From an uncultured delta proteobacterium (lineage in GTDB: Bacteria > Myxococcota_A > Polyangia > Polyangiales > Polyangiaceae): a stretch of DNA of 64,000 bases. The stretch lies in the NCBI GenBank assembly GCA_963763745.1, contig CAVXQJ010000001.1, positions 2,431 through 66,430 on the forward strand, written 5' to 3'. This document shows positions 10,809 through 21,034 of this stretch, one piece after another. The translations under genes were made by a program, and so were the position numbers. Positions within the stretch are counted from its first letter, which is position 1. Each line of letters opens with the position of its first letter. Below the pieces are notes generated by a model. That model searched no databases, was not told where the DNA came from, and worked only from the letters and a program-made list of their open reading frames with translations.

Positions 10809-13341
10809 CTAGCGAACGACATCGGTTGCGTCGCGAGGCCAGAGCTTCGCGTTCGAGAACGAGTAGCCGAGCACGCCGAAGAGCGACGTGAACGCGGTTC
10901 CGTTCGTGAAGCCCGTGGGCGGGTACGGCGTCGAGGGTTGCCCGTATTGCGGAAAGAGCGAGTCATCGACGCGGCACGCGCTGTCCACGACGAACTCGAA
11001 GAACTTTCCCGTTCCGTCGGGCGTGTCGTTCGTGATCGTCGGGCTCGTCAGCACGAGCAGCATGCTCTGGTAGGCGTCGGCAAACGGCCCGCCCGTCTCG
11101 ATGTCGGACGAGCCCACCGCGATCGCCGAGAATGGAAGCACCGTTCCTGCGTCGGTGATCGTGATGCTCGTCGGAAGGATCTCGGCGAGGCCGCTCGCGT
11201 TCGTGTACACGCCCGTCACGCTCGCAACGTTACCGCGCTTGGCCGTCGTCGCCGAAGCGATCCACACGCCGCTGTATGGCGCGAGCGAAATGTCCTGGAG
11301 CGAGAATCCCGCCGCGCTCACCGCGGTGACGTACGCCCCGGGGATGCTCACGATCCCTCCATTTTTTGGGTGTCTTGGATCGCTCGGATTGCGCAGCGTC
11401 TCGATCGACATCGCGCACGCCGCGGGCCCCGCGTTCACCACGCCCGGACACGTGTCGCATGCGTCGCCGCGCCCGTCGTTGTCGCCGTCGGCTTGCGTCG
11501 CATCCGCGATGCGCGGACACACATCGACGGAGGAGACCACGCCGTCGCCGTCGAGATCGTCGGCGCTCGGTTTCGTGCAGTGGTTCGTCGCGTCGTTCGG
11601 ACAACGATCGCACGCGTCGCCGACGCCGTCGCCGTCGGTGTCGGCTTGCTTGCCGTTGTCCATCGGGCGCGCGGGGTTGAAGATCGTGGGGCAATCGTCG
11701 GTTGCGTCGTCGATGCCGTCGCCGTCTTTGTCCGTGGCGGTGATCCCATTCGGATACTCCGCTCGATAAGGCGTGCAGCTCGGCTCGCTCGTCACCGTGT
11801 CGCTCTTGCAGAAGAAGAGCGGGTAGTACTTTTCGCCCGCCGTTCGAAGCGTCGCGAGCGTGTTCGTGTTTTGGAGATCCTGTGCGACGCACGCGCGCTT
11901 CGATTGCGTGCACACGTCGAGCTGCTCGCACGCCGCGCCGCCGATCTTCGCGTCGGCGACGAGCGCGTCGTCGCCGTACAAAACCGTTCCGCCGCGAAGC
12001 ACGAGCACGACGTCCTCGACGCCCGCATCGATCACCGCGCGGTGATCCTTGCTCGCCGATCCATCGAAGATGGCGATGTCGGCGACGTAGCCCGGCTTGA
12101 GCGCGCCGATCATGTCGCTCGCGCCCGCCGCCCACGCCGCGTTGAACGTGGCCATGCGCCGCAGATCGCCATCGGAGAAATGCTTTCCGAAATAATTCGT
12201 GTTGAGCGAGTCGGCGCACTTGAGCTCGCGGAGCATGTTCATGCTGCCCGACGGCATCCAATCGGTTCCGAGAGCGATGGGCACGCCGAGCGCGTCGAAC
12301 ATCGTGACGGGCGCGGTGTTGCCGTAGAGATCGACGTTCGTTCGCGCAGACCAAACGAGCCGCGTTTGATCCGCGCGAAGCGGCGCGATGTCGGTCGGCA
12401 GCGCCGCGATGCCGTGGATCATCGCGGTGGGTTGCTCCATCAAGTCGAAGTTGCCTTGCGTGTCGTTCGTGCAGACGTACTCGTTGTGCGCGGCGGCGTT
12501 CACGCCTTCGGCGATGTGCGGCAGGTACGCGTTCTGCCCGTCGACGCTCGCTTTCGTCGCGCGGACCGGATCCGTATGCACAACCGGACGTCAGCATCGT
12601 CCCGTCGGAGTCGTCGAGCGGGAACGTGTCGAAATCGGCCGCTTGCGATCGGCAATCCTTCGCAGAGCGTCTGGTCGTCGAGGTTTCGCGCGAGCCCTTT
12701 TTCCCGCCCGACGAGACCGTCGACGTCGCGCCGCCCATCACGAAGCGAAGCTCGGCGAAGAGCTGCACGGCGGCGGACGCGCCGGAGTTGTAGTTGAGCG
12801 CCGTGTGACCGTTGAGACCGGCGCGCCACTCGTTTCGGTGATCGAAGCGCTCGGTCCCGTGCGAGACGGGCGCGTTGTTCGCGTACGTGATGTGATCGTG
12901 CGCGTTGATGAGCCCAGGCGAGATGACGCCGTTCGCACACGCGACGATGGTCGCGGCCGCGTAACCGGGCGACGCGCTGCAGTCACACGACGCACACACG
13001 ATCGTTCCCGAATCGTCGACGAGCACTTCTCCGCGATGAAGAACTTCGTTCGGCGCGAGCACCGTGCCCTTGAAGAGCTTGCCCGATGTACCGTCGGTCA
13101 CGCTGCACGTCCCCGTGGCTGGAGGCGTGAGCGGAGGTTGGTTGCACTCGGTCACTTTGAAAGGCGCGTTGTTCGCGAGCGTGGGATCGCCGGGCTGCGG
13201 CGCGGAATCGACGCTCGCGTCAACTTGCGGCGAATCGCTCGTCGCGTCGGGACCGGCATCGCTCTGCTCTTGCGGCGACGAGCATGCGGTCACGTGGACG
13301 AGCGTCAGAGCGCAAAACACCGCCGCGCTACGAATCCACAT
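10809..13341 (-). pseudogene. secreted lipoprotein: amidohydrolase domain fused to thrombospondin type-3 calcium-binding repeats plus a C-terminal domain; 1-3 frameshifts near 12560-12720
   Basis: Start MWIRSAAVFCALTLVHVTACSS (lipobox). HxH metal motif GLINAHDHI. Later LGTDWMPSGS...VADIAIFDG. Repeated DxDGDGxxD..DxCP TSP3 motifs. The N-terminal part is in the frame of ORF 11230..13683 and the rest in ORF 10809..12581. A third frame (12500..12940) may hold a short intervening segment. Confidence 0.65.
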
Positions 13342-13380
13342 GCGACCTCCGCTCGAGCCCCTTATCATGGCCTCCCTCTC

Positions 13381-13902
13381 ATGAGCGAACAACGTAAGCC
13401 GACGCTGCGGCTCGGCAAGAAACGAGATCCGCGTTCGGACTCGATGCCACCGAGCGCGCGCAAGCCGGATTCGAAGCGCGACAGCCTCGCGGCGGCAGGG
13501 GTCGACGGGGGGAGCGGCGGCGACATCGACGAGCTTTTGGGTCGTTTGCTCGCACGCGCGACGCAAGCCGAAGTGCACGCGCAACATTTGGAGCAGACGC
13601 TCGCTCGCCTCAACGAAGAGCGCCTCGTGCTCGAGTCGCGCATGACGGAGCTCGTTCGTCAGCTCGACGACGCGGACACGCAACGCGCATCGCTCGAAGC
13701 GCAGCTGAAGACGACGAGCCAGTCGCGCAGGACCGACGGCCCCGTGACGCTCGCGTACGTGCGCAGCATGGCCGCCGAGCTCGTTCGCGCGCTCGATCGC
13801 GTGGGCTCACGCTCGGGCTCGATGGTCTCCGATCTGCCGACGCCTCGTCCGCCGTCGGATCTTCCGACGCCTCGACCGCGGAGCGATCGCCCGCGACGTT
13901 GA
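13381..13902 (+). CDS. hypothetical coiled-coil protein with basic N-terminus and a C-terminal 27-nt tandem repeat (DLPTPRPPS/DLPTPRPRS)
   Basis: 173-aa ORF from an internal ATG of track ORF 12388..13902. It ends 4 nt before the radical SAM gene. Confidence 0.45.
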   Translation: MSEQRKPTLRLGKKRDPRSDSMPPSARKPDSKRDSLAAAGVDGGSGGDIDELLGRLLARATQAEVHAQHLEQTLARLNEERLVLESRMTELVRQLDDADTQRASLEAQLKTTSQSRRTDGPVTLAYVRSMAAELVRALDRVGSRSGSMVSDLPTPRPPSDLPTPRPRSDRPRR

Positions 13903-13905
13903 ATC

Positions 13906-15411
13906 GTGCATAATGCACGGGTGAGTTTCTCCGATCGCGTCCGCGAGCGACTTGCCGCGGAAGTCGGCGGGGCGCGCAAGCAAGCGCCGTTCACCGTCGC
14001 GCTCGCGTACCCATCGCCGTACGCCGCGGGAATGAGCTCGCTCGGGTACCAGCGGATTTGGCGCGCGATCAACGAGACGAACGGCATGGCATGCGAGCGC
14101 GCGTTCCTCGACGACGAAGCCGAGCGCGATCTGAAGCTCGAGAAGCATCCGCTCACGTACGAATCGCTCCGGCCCATCGAAGAATTTCCGGTGATCGCGT
14201 TCAGCGTCGCCTACGAGATCGAGCTCGCGGGCGTCGTGGCGATGCTCGACGCGGCGAACGTTCCTTTGTTTCGCGAAGAGCGCGACGCGCATCACCCGTT
14301 CGTTCTCGGCGGTGGTCCGCTCACGTTTTCGAATCCGCTCCCGCTCGCTCCGTTTTGCGACGCGATCATCATGGGTGAAGCCGAAGAGCTCGTCGTGACC
14401 GTGCTCGCGATCATCGACGAGATGCGCTCCGATCGCGCGGCGTGTCTCGCGGCGCTCGCGCGCGTGCCGCACGTCTTCGTTCCGGAAATTCACGGCGCGA
14501 TCCTCCCCGAAATCGCCAAAGTGGATCAGGCGCTCTTGCCAGCATGGGCGCCGATTCGCACGCCGCATGCGGTCCTCTCCGACATGTTCTTGATCGAGAC
14601 CGAGCGCGGTTGCTCGCGCGCTTGCAAGTACTGCGTGATGCGTCGCTCGACGAACGGCGGCATGCGGCTCGTGCCGATGGAGACGATCCTCGGGCTCGTT
14701 CCGCACGACGCGAAGCGCGTCGGGCTCGTCGGCGCCGCGGTGAGCGATCACCCGCGCATCGCGCAGATCGTTTCGACGCTCGCAGATCAAGGACGCGAGG
14801 TCGGGCTCTCGTCGCTGCGTCCCGATCGCTTGAACGACGATCTCGTTTCAGCCCTGAAAAAAGCCGGAACGCGCACGCTCACGACGGCGATGGACGGACC
14901 GTCCGACAGGCTCCGCGACATGCTCGAGCGCAAGGCGCGCATCAAGCACCTCGAACGCTGCGCCGAGCTCGCGAAGAAACACGGCATGGATCGTCTCAAG
15001 CTCTATTTGATGATCGGTCTGCCGACGGAGACGAACGCCGACATCGACGAGTGCGTCCGGTTCACGACCGAGCTCTCGAAGATCGTCCCCATCGCGCTCG
15101 GCATCGCGCCGTTTTGCGCGAAGCGAAACACCCCACTCGACGGCGAACCGTTTGCGGGGATCGACGTCGTGATGGACCGACTCGATCGATTGAAGCGCGG
15201 CCTTCGCGGACGCGCGGACGTGCGATCGACGAGCGCGAAGTGGGCGTGGGTGGAGTACGTCCTCGCACAAGGGAGCGAGAGCGAAGGTCGCGCAGTCGCA
15301 GAAGCCGCGCGTGCGGGCGGATCGTTCGCGACGTTCAAGCGCGCATTCGAAAAGCTCGAACAGGGCGCGCCCGCGCGTCCCAGGCGTGCGCTTTCGATTG
15401 CGCGCGTGTGA
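13906..15411 (+). CDS. B12-binding domain-containing radical SAM protein
   Basis: Intact 501-aa ORF with a CxxxCxxC cluster (GCSRACKYC) after an N-terminal B12-binding-like region. Confidence 0.8.
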   Translation: MHNARVSFSDRVRERLAAEVGGARKQAPFTVALAYPSPYAAGMSSLGYQRIWRAINETNGMACERAFLDDEAERDLKLEKHPLTYESLRPIEEFPVIAFSVAYEIELAGVVAMLDAANVPLFREERDAHHPFVLGGGPLTFSNPLPLAPFCDAIIMGEAEELVVTVLAIIDEMRSDRAACLAALARVPHVFVPEIHGAILPEIAKVDQALLPAWAPIRTPHAVLSDMFLIETERGCSRACKYCVMRRSTNGGMRLVPMETILGLVPHDAKRVGLVGAAVSDHPRIAQIVSTLADQGREVGLSSLRPDRLNDDLVSALKKAGTRTLTTAMDGPSDRLRDMLERKARIKHLERCAELAKKHGMDRLKLYLMIGLPTETNADIDECVRFTTELSKIVPIALGIAPFCAKRNTPLDGEPFAGIDVVMDRLDRLKRGLRGRADVRSTSAKWAWVEYVLAQGSESEGRAVAEAARAGGSFATFKRAFEKLEQGAPARPRRALSIARV

Positions 15412-15432
15412 GCATGCGCTAGATCCTATTCA

Positions 15433-15867
15433 ATGCTCGAAGCCGGGACGGAGAGCGAGATCCTCGCGAGGAACGTCGCGTTCTACGATGCGTTCAACTC
15501 GCGCGACATCCGCGCGATGGATCGCATGTGGGCCGAGCGCGCGCCCGTCGTGTGTTTGCACCCCGGTTCGACCGCGCTGCACGGCAGGTCGCAGGTGATT
15601 CGCTCGTGGCAATCGATCTTGTCGAGCGACGGCGCGCCGAAGGTTTCGATCGAAGGCTCGCGCGTCGTGATGCTCGGCGACACGGCGATGGTGCTCTGCT
15701 ACGAGCGCGTCGTCGATCCCGACACGGGCAACGGCGCGGTCCTCGCCGCGACGAACGTGTTCGTGCGCGAAGTCGGCGAGTGGCGGCTCGTGCATCACCA
15801 CTCGTCCGCGATCGGTCGCATCGTGACGGAAGACGACGCGCCCGTCGCCCCGAAGACGCTGAACTAG
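15433..15867 (+). CDS. SnoaL-like / NTF2-fold (DUF4440-like) protein
   Basis: 144-aa ORF with the N-terminal FYDAFNSRD...M..W pattern of the NTF2-like superfamily. Confidence 0.55.
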   Translation: MLEAGTESEILARNVAFYDAFNSRDIRAMDRMWAERAPVVCLHPGSTALHGRSQVIRSWQSILSSDGAPKVSIEGSRVVMLGDTAMVLCYERVVDPDTGNGAVLAATNVFVREVGEWRLVHHHSSAIGRIVTEDDAPVAPKTLN

Positions 15868-15891
15868 CGGACTCGTGCTACGAATCGGGGC

Positions 15892-16623
15892 GTGGCCAAG
15901 TCGCCTGCCAAATCGCGCGCTGCTCCAGCGGCGCCCGCTCCGCCGCCGGCGACGCCGCAGCCGCCGCCGTGGTCGTACGCCGCGTACGGTGCGTTCGTGC
16001 TCCTCGCGGCCGTGCTCGTCTACAGCTTCGTGAGCGTCGCGCGTGAGGGCGAGTCGCGTCGCGAGTGCTCGGCGCTTTGCTTGCTCCATCCGAACTACGC
16101 GGGCGCCACGCGCACCGCGCCCGATTTTCATTTGAAGGACATGGAGGGCAAGGACGTTTCGCTCTCGAGCTTTCGAGACAAAGTCGTCGTCTTGAACTTC
16201 TGGGCGTCGTGGTGTCAGCCGTGCAAAGAGGAGATGCCCGATCTCGACGAGCTCGCGCACATCTTGAAGCCCGAGAAAGACGTCGCGCTCGTCACGGTGT
16301 CGGTCGACAGCGGCCCCGACGAGGTTCGCGATCTCTTGAAGACGCTCCTCCGGGAGGACCCACCGTTTCCGGTGCTCTTCGATCCCGAAGGTCGCACGAC
16401 GGTCGGCGCGAAGTACGGGACGAATCAATTCCCCGAGACGTGGCTCATCGACAAGCGCGGCGTCATTCGCGCGCGCTTCGATGGCCAGCGCGCGTGGTCG
16501 AATCCGATCGTCGTCGAGCTGATCCAGCAGATGCGCGGTCCATCGTATTGTCCCGTCGAGATCAAAGAAGGAACGACGACGGGCAAAGCGGCGACGTTCT
16601 GCGAAGACCCGACGGGTACTTAG
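15892..16623 (+). CDS. TlpA/ResA-like periplasmic thiol:disulfide oxidoreductase (thioredoxin fold)
   Basis: GTG start, Pro/Ala-rich linker, TM helix, then VVLNFWASWCQPCKEEMP active site. Confidence 0.8.
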   Translation: MAKSPAKSRAAPAAPAPPPATPQPPPWSYAAYGAFVLLAAVLVYSFVSVAREGESRRECSALCLLHPNYAGATRTAPDFHLKDMEGKDVSLSSFRDKVVVLNFWASWCQPCKEEMPDLDELAHILKPEKDVALVTVSVDSGPDEVRDLLKTLLREDPPFPVLFDPEGRTTVGAKYGTNQFPETWLIDKRGVIRARFDGQRAWSNPIVVELIQQMRGPSYCPVEIKEGTTTGKAATFCEDPTGT

Positions 16624-17558
16624 ATTCGCGGATGCGTCGCGCGCCACGCGAGGGCGCGCGCGTCTTCGAGCTCCTTGCGCGACGCAAAAGGCTGCGGGTG
16701 CGCGTGCGTCTCGCGGAAGTACGTCGGCAAGTCGACGATGGAATATTTCTTCGCATCGAGCCAATCGAGCAGGCGCGCGAGCACGTGGACCGTCGCCCAC
16801 TTCACGTCGTGCAAGAGAACGAGACCACCCGAGCCGTAATCGAGCTGCTCGACGAGGTGCACGAACATCGTCTGCTCGTCGGGGTCCTTCATGTCCTCCG
16901 CTTCGACGCTCCACAAAACCAAACCAAGATGCCGCTCCGCGATCGCCTGTTCGCCGAACGCGTCGAGCTGACCGTACGGCGGTCGAAAGAGCTCCGGCCG
17001 CTTGCCCGTCGCGCGCTCGATCGACGCGATGCCTTCGTCGATCTGATCGAGCACCTGCGTGTGCGTGTCGGTCGTGAGCAAATCGTGATCGTGCGTGTGG
17101 CTGCCGATGATGTGACCCGCTGCCGCGATGTCACGCGCGGCTTGGCGCGCCTTCGTCGGGTGGCGCTTGTTTCCGTCGAGGTAGCGACCGATGAAGAAGA
17201 ACGTCGCGCGCACGTGGTGTTTGTCGAGGAGCTTCAAGACGGTCTGCGTGGTGTCGGGGTCGGGGCCATCGTCGAACGTGAGCGTGACGAGGCGTGGCGC
17301 GTCGGGCTCTCGCGCAGGGCCTTCGGCGAGGAGCCACGCGCGCGACTTGCTCGTCGTCAGCGTGTCGCGTCCGATCTCGCCGGGCGACGCGAGGACGGAT
17401 TCGTCGACGGGTGACGGCGCCGACGGCGCGTCCGGAACGGTTGCATTCTGCACGCGATTTTGCGCCCGTTTCCCCGCGAAAAGCGACGTTCGCGCCGCGC
17501 TCGCCGCGCTCCCCAGAGCGAGCGCGCACAAGAATCCGATCGCGAGACGCACCTTCAC
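16620..17558 (-). CDS. polysaccharide deacetylase (NodB homology domain), secreted
   Basis: Signal peptide, TFDDGP motif, and HTHDHD and LLHD histidine motifs. Intact 312 aa. Confidence 0.8.
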   Translation of the reverse strand: MKVRLAIGFLCALALGSAASAARTSLFAGKRAQNRVQNATVPDAPSAPSPVDESVLASPGEIGRDTLTTSKSRAWLLAEGPAREPDAPRLVTLTFDDGPDPDTTQTVLKLLDKHHVRATFFFIGRYLDGNKRHPTKARQAARDIAAAGHIIGSHTHDHDLLTTDTHTQVLDQIDEGIASIERATGKRPELFRPPYGQLDAFGEQAIAERHLGLVLWSVEAEDMKDPDEQTMFVHLVEQLDYGSGGLVLLHDVKWATVHVLARLLDWLDAKKYSIVDLPTYFRETHAHPQPFASRKELEDARALAWRATHPRI

Positions 17559-17599
17559 TCTGCGATTGGATCAGCTCCGGCGCGCAAGGGCCAACTTCG

Positions 17600-18693
17600 T
17601 CACCACGCGCTGCGCGGCCAGCGCAAATCCACGGCGCCGTCGCCCGCCCAGGGCGCGGCGAACGCGTCGCGCACGACGAGCTCGGCGAGCTTTCCGCGCG
17701 GCGAGAATCCCCACTCGGCCTCTTGCGACACGTCGTCGGGGTCCGCGTAGACGCGCCACACGAAGAAGCCGGCGAAGTCCGGCTCGTCGAGCAGCGGACG
17801 AACGAGCGCGCGGTATGCGAGCGCTTGCGCGTGCTCGTCGACGCGCACTTGCTTCATCGAGTCGGGCCACTCCCACGGACGGATCGCGGGATCGGGGCGC
17901 GTCGTGTAACCGATCTCCGTGAAGAGGACGGGCTTGCGCCATGTCTCGGCGAGCTTGTGCACTTTGACGCGCACGCGTTCGCCGCCCGCGCGAAGCTCGC
18001 TCTCGGTCGCGCGATCGCGATCGGCGAGCGGATAGAACGCGTTGATGCCGATCAGATCGAGCGAGCCGAGGATGACCGTGTCGTCGACGTCGTCCCAGTT
18101 CGCCGAGTACGTGAGAGGCCGTGATACGCGCGGCGCACTTCGTCGAGCACGGCGAGGAACGTCGGCGCGCGACCGCTCGTCACCCAACTGCGAAGCTCCA
18201 CGCCCGCGCTGAAGATCTCCGCGTGCGTCTCTTCCGCGACGCGCGCCCAAGCGACGACGAAGTCCCCGTAGCTGCGCGCCCATTGCGACCAGCCTTCGGT
18301 CGTCTTCGGATCGATCTCCGCGCGCCACGCGCCCGACTCGACCCACAAGTGCGGCACGAGCATGACGTGCATGCCGCGCTCGTGCGCCATGCGGATCGCG
18401 CGAATCACCTGTTCGCGATTTTTTTCGAACGGTGCTTCGAACGTCGGATCGACGCCCGCGCCGGACAGATCGTTCACGCGTCCGAACGGCGTGATCGCGA
18501 CCCAGCTCGCGCCCCACGACGCGCACTCCTCGACGGAGCGCTCGTACGCGCTCGATCCATAACCGACGCCGGGGTGATACGCGTTTTCGATGGGACCGAT
18601 CGTGACGCCGCGGACTGCGTCGCGACCGCTGAGCGACCACGCTTGACCCGCAGCGGGGAGCGCGAGCGACGCCGCGAGCACGAGCGCGCGCAT
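17600..18693 (-). CDS. secreted glycoside hydrolase (TIM-barrel, GH26/GH113-like), one frameshift near 18120
   Basis: Signal peptide MRALVLAASLALPAAG, then ...MLVPHLWVESGAWRAE... (ORF 18052..18693) joined to ...LTYSANWDDVDDTVILGSLDLIGINAFYP...FTEIGY... (ORF 17600..18640). Confidence 0.5.
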
Positions 18694-18694
18694 T

Positions 18695-19846
18695 CTAGAG
18701 GTCCATCGCGACGCCGATGCCGGCGCCCAAGCGCACCCATGGACCAGATGCGTCGAGCGATCCGTCGCTGCGCGCGCCCGTGTACGCGGGATGGATGTCG
18801 AGCGTCGCGGGGTAGATCACGAAGCGGAACATTTCGTTCATCCGCAAGGACACGTCGACGCCCGCGTATCCGCTCGGCGCGAGCGATCCACCGAAGACGC
18901 ACGACGCCGCGAAGAGATCGCCTCCGATGGGCGCGCCCGCCGCGTAGATCGCCGCGCCGAACCCGGCGCGCGCGCCGATCGTGAGCAAACGCGAGACGCG
19001 CCACGCACCGAAGACCGTGGGCATCGCGATCGTCTCGACCGCGGAGAAGTCGTTCGGCGGCGACGCGCACGTTCCAGGCGGCACGTTGGAGACGCCCGCG
19101 CTCGTCGACCACTGATCGAAACCGAGTCGCAAGCGAAGACCAAAACCGACGAGCACGTTGCTGAACGTGAACGGCGCGAAGCCGACGGCGATCTCGGGCG
19201 ATGCGCTTCCTTCGGAGACGGCGCCGCCGCCGAGCGACGAGAAGACACCGACGACGCCGAGCTCCGCGGAGAATCGACGCACGTGCTTCTGCCCAGGCGG
19301 CGGCGGCGAAGGTCGCTCGCCGCCCGTTTGGAGATCGACGCTGATGACGATCGCGCGGCCGTCGCGCGCTTCGACGTGCTTCGTCGCGGAGCCGATTTTC
19401 ACGTCGTGCGCGCCCGGCGGAAGCGTCGATGCATAGGGAGTATTACCAACGGTATGACCGTCGACGACGACGTTCGCACCCGCGGGCGTCGACGCGACGA
19501 CGAACGTCGACGGGCGGCGCTCGATCTCGTCGAGCAACCGTTTGCCGTCGGCGCGATCGCTCTCGGTGAGATCTTTGCGTTCGAGATATTCCTCGAGCGT
19601 GCGGCGTGCGTCTTCCGGGTTGTCGAGCTTGAGTTGGCAGCGCGCGACGTTCCACAGCTCCGTCGGCGGTCCGCCCGCGCGATACGACGCGGAGAAGAGC
19701 GCCATCGCGTCGCGGTAGCGATTCTCCGCGAATGCGCGAACGCCTTGTTGATCGAGAAAGCGCGCGCGCGCAAGCTCGTCGTCTTGCGCGAACGCCGCGC
19801 TGGACGAAAACACGAACGCGAGTGCCAAGGCCCATCGCTGGAGCAC
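18695..19846 (-). CDS. PEGA domain-containing secreted protein with Gly/Ala-rich C-terminal region
   Basis: GTG start giving signal peptide VLQRWALALAFVFSSSAAFA, TPR-like segment, PEGA motif VVASTPAGANVVVDGHTVGNTPY. The upstream part of track ORF 18695..20938 is compositional read-through. Confidence 0.6.
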   Translation of the reverse strand: MLQRWALALAFVFSSSAAFAQDDELARARFLDQQGVRAFAENRYRDAMALFSASYRAGGPPTELWNVARCQLKLDNPEDARRTLEEYLERKDLTESDRADGKRLLDEIERRPSTFVVASTPAGANVVVDGHTVGNTPYASTLPPGAHDVKIGSATKHVEARDGRAIVISVDLQTGGERPSPPPPGQKHVRRFSAELGVVGVFSSLGGGAVSEGSASPEIAVGFAPFTFSNVLVGFGLRLRLGFDQWSTSAGVSNVPPGTCASPPNDFSAVETIAMPTVFGAWRVSRLLTIGARAGFGAAIYAAGAPIGGDLFAASCVFGGSLAPSGYAGVDVSLRMNEMFRFVIYPATLDIHPAYTGARSDGSLDASGPWVRLGAGIGVAMDL

Positions 19847-19860
19847 GGCGTGTGAAGCTA

Positions 19861-21018
19861 TCACGCCGACATCAAGATGATCTTCGTCACCTCGGGCGGA
19901 GCTCCGACGCGCGCGGGCGGACCGACGACGCCGAAGCCGCGATTCACCCAGAGCGTCGTCTCGCCGACCTGGTAGCGACCCGAGACGTAACGAAATACGA
20001 GATCGGCGGGACGAAACCCGGGATTGAATTGTCCGCCGTGCGTGTGTCCGCTGAGCTGCAGCGCGACGCGCGACGCCCACATGTCGATGGTCGACGGTTG
20101 GTGCGAGAGCAAGATGCGCGGCGCGTCCTTCGCGACGGCCTGTTCGGCGCGATCGAGTCGCGGGCCGGGTCCTCCCGATCGCAGGCCCGCGAGATCGTCG
20201 ACGCCGAGCAGCGCGAAGCCGCCGCCGTCCTTCGCGCGAATCATGCGACCGTCGTTGACGAGCATGTCGATGCCCGCGGCGCGGAGACCTTGCGCGACTG
20301 CGTCTGCGCCCGTGTAGTGATCGTGGTTGCCTAAAATCGCGTAGACGCCATCGCGCGCGCGGATCGCGCCGAGCGCGCGCGCGGCGAGCGGGATGTAGCG
20401 CGGATCGAAATCGAGCATGTCGCCCGTGAGCACGACGAGATCGGATTTCACGCGCGCGAGCACACTGAGCCCTTCGCCGAGCTCCTTCTCGCCGACGAGC
20501 ATGCCGACGTGAATGTCCGAGATCTGCGCGATGGTGTAGCCGTCGAGAACGCGCGGCAAACCCGGGATGCGCACCGGGACCTCTTCGACGCGAAAATCGT
20601 GTCGGCCGATGATCGCACCGAAGCCGACGAGCGACGCGGTCGACGCGACGACGACCGATCCGCCGACGCGTTCGATCGCGTGCCTGCGCGAGATCTTCTC
20701 CTCGCTCGAGATCGCTTGGACGCCGCGCGCCGACGCGCGAACGATGATGAGGGGAATCGCCGAGAACAAGGCGACGATCGACTCGCACATGCACGCGATG
20801 AAGATCGCGACGGCGATTTGCGAGTGCGTGGCGATCGACACGAGTCGCATGAGCGACGGCAGCACTGTGAGCACCGCGAGCACCGCGATCACGGCGCGTC
20901 GCTTCTCTCTGACGCTTGGAAATGCATCGAAGAGCCACGTGCCGATCAGCGCGTGCGTCAGCCCGGACGCGAGCAGCCCGACCAGCGCGACGATGATCGT
21001 GCGTGTATGCACGGGCAC
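19861..21018 (-). CDS. membrane-anchored metallophosphoesterase (calcineurin-like)
   Basis: Intact 385 aa with N-terminal TM helices and GDxHG, GDMLD, GNHD and GHTH metal-binding motifs. Confidence 0.8.
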   Translation of the reverse strand: MPVHTRTIIVALVGLLASGLTHALIGTWLFDAFPSVREKRRAVIAVLAVLTVLPSLMRLVSIATHSQIAVAIFIACMCESIVALFSAIPLIIVRASARGVQAISSEEKISRRHAIERVGGSVVVASTASLVGFGAIIGRHDFRVEEVPVRIPGLPRVLDGYTIAQISDIHVGMLVGEKELGEGLSVLARVKSDLVVLTGDMLDFDPRYIPLAARALGAIRARDGVYAILGNHDHYTGADAVAQGLRAAGIDMLVNDGRMIRAKDGGGFALLGVDDLAGLRSGGPGPRLDRAEQAVAKDAPRILLSHQPSTIDMWASRVALQLSGHTHGGQFNPGFRPADLVFRYVSGRYQVGETTLWVNRGFGVVGPPARVGAPPEVTKIILMSA

Positions 21019-21034
21019 TTCATAGCACCATCAC

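Noticed and set aside
9750-12797. 1015-aa forward ORF
   Set aside because: Arg/Asp/Glu/Ala low-complexity translation lying antisense to the well-supported TauE and amidohydrolase genes. This is a typical spurious open frame in high-GC DNA.
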